From contig NZ_CP079105.1 in the NCBI RefSeq assembly GCF_019285775.1, forward strand, positions 3,270,603 through 3,294,602: 24,000 nt of DNA, written 5' to 3'. The position numbers and the translations under genes are program-made. Origin of the DNA: Skermania pinensis (GTDB lineage: Bacteria; Actinomycetota; Actinomycetes; Mycobacteriales; Mycobacteriaceae). The notes under the pieces are model-generated. The model made no database searches, had not been told where the DNA came from, and saw nothing but the letters and a program-made list of their open reading frames with translations. This document shows, piece by piece, positions 23,562 to 24,000 of this stretch (positions are counted from its first letter, which is position 1; every line of letters begins with the position of its first letter).

Positions 23562-24000
23562 TCAGCGCTGGTTGCCGTCACCCTCCGGTGGGCGGAACTG
23601 CGCCGCGCTCCCGGGTGGGTCCGCGGGTGGCACCAGCGGGCTCGGATACTGCTCGGTGGGCGCCTCGTCCGGGGTAACCGCATACCCCGTCCCGGCGAGA
23701 CCGGCCGAGTACGAATCGGGACTGCCGGAACCGGCGCCGTAGCCGCCGTACGGGTCGGCCACGCCGGGTGCCGGCCGATAGGCCGGATGGCTGTACCCGG
23801 CCGGGTAGGACGGCGTAGCCGATGGTGCGTAGCCCGGTTGCGGGCCCGGCGCGGTATAGCCCGGCTGGGCGCCGTAACCCGACTGGGTGCCGTAGCCGGG
23901 CGGTTGCGCCGGCACCGGGCGCGCCGGGCGGGTCGCGGCGAACACCGCGTACACCGCCAGCGCCGACTGGGTCAGGCCGAGCACCAACACGACGTAGAGC
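23562..24000 (-). CDS. Membrane protein with a Pro/Gly/Tyr-rich C-terminal tail (Rv0954-like position); 5' end lies outside the window
   Basis: The frame is open to the window edge (..LYV-VLVLGLTQSALAVYAVFAA is a TM helix). A low-complexity tail follows, with repeated PGY/GYG motifs (QPPGYGTQSGYGAQPGYTAPGPQPGYAPS...). Stop at 23562-23564. Confidence 0.65.
   Translation of the reverse strand, partial: LYVVLVLGLTQSALAVYAVFAATRPARPVPAQPPGYGTQSGYGAQPGYTAPGPQPGYAPSATPSYPAGYSHPAYRPAPGVADPYGGYGAGSGSPDSYSAGLAGTGYAVTPDEAPTEQYPSPLVPPADPPGSAAQFRPPEGDGNQR

Noticed and set aside
1-24000. Search for CRISPR arrays, IS elements or transposases, integrases, toxin-antitoxin pairs and known defence-system signatures
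   Set aside because: None was seen on either strand. The only repeats found are the 10-bp and 24-bp tandem repeats, low-complexity coding repeats, and terminator palindromes. The window is predominantly conserved core genome.

Overview
High-G+C actinobacterial chromosome segment with strong G/C bias at third codon positions. Gene content places it in the Mycobacteriales. All identifications come from reading the translations against remembered family motifs and remembered M. tuberculosis gene order; no searches were run.

The window is mostly conserved core genome. It joins two blocks that I recall from M. tuberculosis H37Rv as roughly Rv0996-Rv0981 and Rv0959-Rv0954.

Gene order, left to right:
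- 3' end of an RND efflux permease
- a decayed stretch holding an SRPBCC-like fragment and a DUF1801 gene broken by a 10-bp tandem repeat
- tRNA-Ala(CGC)
- sepX/glpR-like divisome membrane protein, rimJ, moeA and galU (minus strand)
- 5-formyl-THF cyclo-ligase, FmdB zinc-ribbon protein, SAF-domain protein and mscL (plus strand)
- a secreted tandem-domain protein and an MspA-family porin (minus strand)
- the mprA-mprB-pepD-moaB2 envelope-stress operon plus an ATGA-coupled 54-codon ORF (minus strand)
- a GlsB/YeaQ/YmgE stress membrane protein
- a bulb-type lectin-LysM protein
- a translationally coupled AAA+ (ChlI-like) / VWA pair
- a DUF4126 membrane protein
- purH, purN, a PerM-like membrane protein, and a partial Pro/Gly/Tyr-rich membrane protein

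I saw no CRISPR array, transposase, integrase, rRNA or recognisable defence system, and I do not see a convincing completely novel multi-gene system.

The observations most worth a second look are:
- the frame-shifting 10-bp tandem repeat that switches off the DUF1801 gene
- the porin plus unknown secreted protein inserted between mscL and moaB2
- the small ORF coupled to moaB2
- the uncharacterised AAA+/VWA pair
- the lectin-LysM protein
- the in-frame 24-bp repeat at the PerM C-terminus

The supplied ORF track uses ATG, GTG and TTG as starts and always takes the most upstream one. Several starts were therefore moved downstream by hand.
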